In this document: positions 59,565 through 61,804 of the stretch, piece by piece
Layout of the letters: each line of letters begins with the position of its first letter
Position numbering within the stretch: position 1 is the stretch's first letter
Source: Actinomycetota bacterium
Lineage (GTDB): Bacteria > Actinomycetota > UBA4738 > HRBIN12
Assembly (NCBI GenBank): GCA_040004125.1
Contig: JBDUBL010000004.1
Location: 1-61,804, forward strand
Length of the DNA: 61,804 nt
Direction of reading: 5' to 3'
Program-made: the position numbers and the translations under genes
The notes under the pieces: model-generated
Told to the model about the DNA's origin: nothing
The model's database searches: none
Seen by the model: the letters and a program-made list of their open reading frames with translations, nothing else

Positions 59565-59617
59565 ATGATAGAGATGCTTTCTCACCAGGCTCAACCGCAT
59601 CTCACGACGTGAGAAGC
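59565..59617 (-). promoter_or_regulatory. Promoter with TCTCAC/GTGAGA operator array (copy A)
   Basis: GCTTCTCACGTCGTGAGATGCGG-TTGAGC-N18-TATCAT; perfect TCTCAC-GTC-GTGAGA palindrome. Confidence 0.75.
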
Positions 59618-59620
59618 GGT

Positions 59621-60727
59621 CTACACGGCGAGTGGAGTCGCCTGCATACCGGTCGCGGCCGCGACGCCTTCGTTCGTGAGGGCGCCGTCCCACGTGTTCA
59701 CGCCCAGCGCCAGCGCCGGGTCCTCGTGCACGGCCTGCTGGATGCCGGCGCCCGCGATCGCCAACACATACGGCAGCGTCACGTTCGTCAGCGCGTACGT
59801 CGAGGTGCGCGGCACCGCGCCGGGCATGTTGCCGACGCAGTAGTGCACGACGCCATCCACCACATAAACCGGATCCGCGTGTGTTGTGACGTGCGACGTC
59901 TCGAAGCAGCCGCCCTGGTCGATCGAGATGTCGACGAGCACCGCGCCGGGCTGCATCGCACGCACCTGTTCGGCGCTGACGAGGTGCGGAGCTTTCGCGC
60001 CGGGCACCAGCACCGCGCCAACCACCAGATCGGCACGCAGCACCAGGTCCTCGATCGCCAACCGAGACGACATGACGGTCTGGATCCGCCCGCGCCAGAT
60101 CCGGTCGATCTCGCGCAAACGGTCGACGTTCTTATCCACGACGACCACCTCGGCCTGCATCCCCGCCGCGATCTCGGCGGCGTTCCAGCCCGCCATGCCA
60201 CCGCCGAGGACAACCACCGTCGCGGGTGCCACGCCACTGGCACCGCCCATCAGCACGCCTCGGCCGCCTTGCGGTCGCTCCAGGTATTTGGCGCCTTCCT
60301 GCGGAGCCATCCGGCCCGCGATCTCCGACATCGGCGCGAGCAGCGGGAGTCTGCCGTCGGGCAGCTGCACCGTCTCGTAGGCCACGGCGCGCACGCGACG
60401 CTCCGTGAGGAACCGCGTCAACCGTTCGTCGGCGGCCAGGTGCAGATAGGTGAACAGCACGTGGTCGGAGCGGAACCGCTCGTACTCCTCGGGCTGCGGT
60501 TCCTTGACCTTCACGATCAGATCAGCCGCCGCGAACACCGCATCGGCGTCGGCCCCGATCGATGCGCCGGCGGTCACGTAGCGATCGTCGGGTATCGCCG
60601 AGCCGAGGCCGGCGCCGGCCTGCACGATGACCGCGTGCCCAGCGTGCGTCAGTTCGCGAACGCCTTCGGGGGTGGCCGCCACCCGGTACTCGTGGTTCTT
60701 CACCTCGGTCGGGATCCCGATCCGCAT
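59621..60727 (-). CDS. ald: Alanine dehydrogenase
   Basis: IGIPTEVKNHEYRV, KVKEP, LFTYLHLA, PMSEIAGR, GAVLVPGA, DQGGCFETS, NMPGAVP. Confidence 0.95.
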   Translation of the reverse strand: MRIGIPTEVKNHEYRVAATPEGVRELTHAGHAVIVQAGAGLGSAIPDDRYVTAGASIGADADAVFAAADLIVKVKEPQPEEYERFRSDHVLFTYLHLAADERLTRFLTERRVRAVAYETVQLPDGRLPLLAPMSEIAGRMAPQEGAKYLERPQGGRGVLMGGASGVAPATVVVLGGGMAGWNAAEIAAGMQAEVVVVDKNVDRLREIDRIWRGRIQTVMSSRLAIEDLVLRADLVVGAVLVPGAKAPHLVSAEQVRAMQPGAVLVDISIDQGGCFETSHVTTHADPVYVVDGVVHYCVGNMPGAVPRTSTYALTNVTLPYVLAIAGAGIQQAVHEDPALALGVNTWDGALTNEGVAAATGMQATPLAV

Positions 60728-60730
60728 CGG

Positions 60731-61804
60731 CTACCTCATCTCGTCGAGCGCGGCCCCGAGGCCGGCGGCCAGTTCGTCCACCTCGTCGTCGGTCAACGTC
60801 AACGGCGGCGAGATCTGGATCGCGCCGGTCGCCAGCGTGCGCGTCATGATGCCGTTGGCGCGGCACGCCGGCACGACCCTGCCGACCAGACCTGCGTCGG
60901 CGGCGAGCCGCTCGGGGTCGAGTTGCACCGCCGCCAGCACCCCCGTGCCTGCGCGAACCTCGCTGACCAGGTCGTGATCGGCGAGGGGGCGAAGCCCCTC
61001 GGCGAGGTGCGCCTCCAGCTCGACGGCGCGAGCGAGGATGTCGTCGTTCACCATGATGTCGAGGTTCGCAAGCGCCGCCGCGGCGACCGCGGCGTGCCCC
61101 GAGTACGTGTAGCCGTGGCGGAACATGCCCGCTCCTTCGGCGAAGAACGGCCGCCACACGCTCGGAGCCACGAGCACGGCGCCCAGCGGCAGGTACCCGC
61201 TCGTGATGCCCTTGGCGCAGGTGACGAGGTCGGGATCGAGGTCCCACCGGGTGCTCGCGAACCAGTCGCCGGTCCGCCCGAACCCAGTGATCACCTCGTC
61301 GGCCACGAACAGCACGCCGGTCTCGCGACACACCGCGCGCGCCTGTTCCAGATAACCGGGCGGTGGGGCGTAGACCCCGCCTGCACCGATCACCGGCTCA
61401 CAGAAGAACGCCGCGACGCGCTCGGCGCCCAGTCGCTCGATCGTCGCACGCAACGCGTCTGCGTCGTCCCAGGGCACCTCCTCGACGTCGGGCAGCAGCT
61501 GCCCGTAGCCGACGGCGTTCGGGGCGATGCCGGCCAGGGACGTGCCGGCGATATGCATGCCGTGGTAGGCGCGCTCGCGACGCAGCAAGACCGTCCGATC
61601 CGGCTGACCGACGAGGTCCCAGTAGCGGCGCACCATCTTGGTCGCGGTGTCGATCGAGTCGGACCCACCGCTGGTCAGGAATACCTTCGCGTCGGCCATC
61701 GGCGCGATCCCGGCGACCCGGTCGGCCAGTGCCGACACCGCCGGGTTGGTCAGATCCTGGAAGGTGGAATACGACTCCAGCGCGCGCATCTGGTCGGCGA
61801 CCGC
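60731..61804 (-). CDS. Class III (omega-amino acid/polyamine-type) aminotransferase, 5' end beyond the window
   Basis: SGGSDSID, AYHG, EPVIGAGG, DEVITGFGRTG, AKGITSGY, HGYTYSGH; frame stays open to the window edge. Confidence 0.9.
   Translation of the reverse strand, partial: AVADQMRALESYSTFQDLTNPAVSALADRVAGIAPMADAKVFLTSGGSDSIDTATKMVRRYWDLVGQPDRTVLLRRERAYHGMHIAGTSLAGIAPNAVGYGQLLPDVEEVPWDDADALRATIERLGAERVAAFFCEPVIGAGGVYAPPPGYLEQARAVCRETGVLFVADEVITGFGRTGDWFASTRWDLDPDLVTCAKGITSGYLPLGAVLVAPSVWRPFFAEGAGMFRHGYTYSGHAAVAAAALANLDIMVNDDILARAVELEAHLAEGLRPLADHDLVSEVRAGTGVLAAVQLDPERLAADAGLVGRVVPACRANGIMTRTLATGAIQISPPLTLTDDEVDELAAGLGAALDEMR

Noticed and set aside
59594-59620. Hairpin after ald as a simple terminator
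   Set aside because: No U-tract, and the same sequence is conserved at 54642-54694 where it cannot form as good a stem; better read as a DNA operator, though a dual role is possible
1-61804. Many long overlapping ORFs in the six-frame track (e.g. 9587-12154 +, 36172-38490 +, 42959-45304 +, 55815-58373 +)
   Set aside because: They are antisense or off-frame shadows of well-supported genes, expected in high-GC DNA; they are Arg/Pro/Gly-rich with no family motifs
1-61804. CRISPR arrays, IS elements, integrases, prophage, tRNA or rRNA
   Set aside because: No spaced direct repeats, transposase or integrase motifs, or RNA-gene signatures seen; intergenic gaps are short

Overview
High-GC window, most likely from an Actinomycetota chromosome (inferred from actinobacterial-type LeuB, TAnnnT -10 boxes and many leaderless starts). 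It holds about 55 protein-coding genes. No rRNA, tRNA, CRISPR array, transposase or phage gene was seen. Left half: OsmC, a membrane-anchored pseudo-receiver protein, a DDAH-like amidinotransferase with serC, cell-wall enzymes, and the operon ilvB-ilvN-ilvC-leuA-leuB-cimA-GNAT. That operon is headed by an unannotated 16-aa leader peptide ([16 protein letters not shown]) with an attenuator and an orphan 105-aa first gene. Next come a trehalose module (otsA, otsB, GH15, MFS-cNMP), ilvD-thrC, three tandem FAD amine-oxidase paralogs and a GH25 lysozyme. Right half (about 36-62 kb): a large amine / N-methyl-compound catabolic region with a PYROXD2-like flavoprotein, TetR, PRTase, GcvT-family dehydrogenase, atypical arginase, Rieske oxygenase, MOSC protein, HemL-like aminotransferase, GcoA/CYP255-like P450, xanthine-dehydrogenase-family trimer, ald and a class III aminotransferase. 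Best observations beyond the ORF track: (1) two internal promoters (54642-54694 and 59565-59617) align without gaps at 32/53 nt around a TCTCAC/GTGAGA operator, pointing to an unnamed regulon; (2) upstream TAG stop codons are repeatedly reused as the first half of the next gene's -10 box; (3) several genes appear eroded by frameshifts or internal deletions. Functional calls come from remembered family motifs, not database searches.
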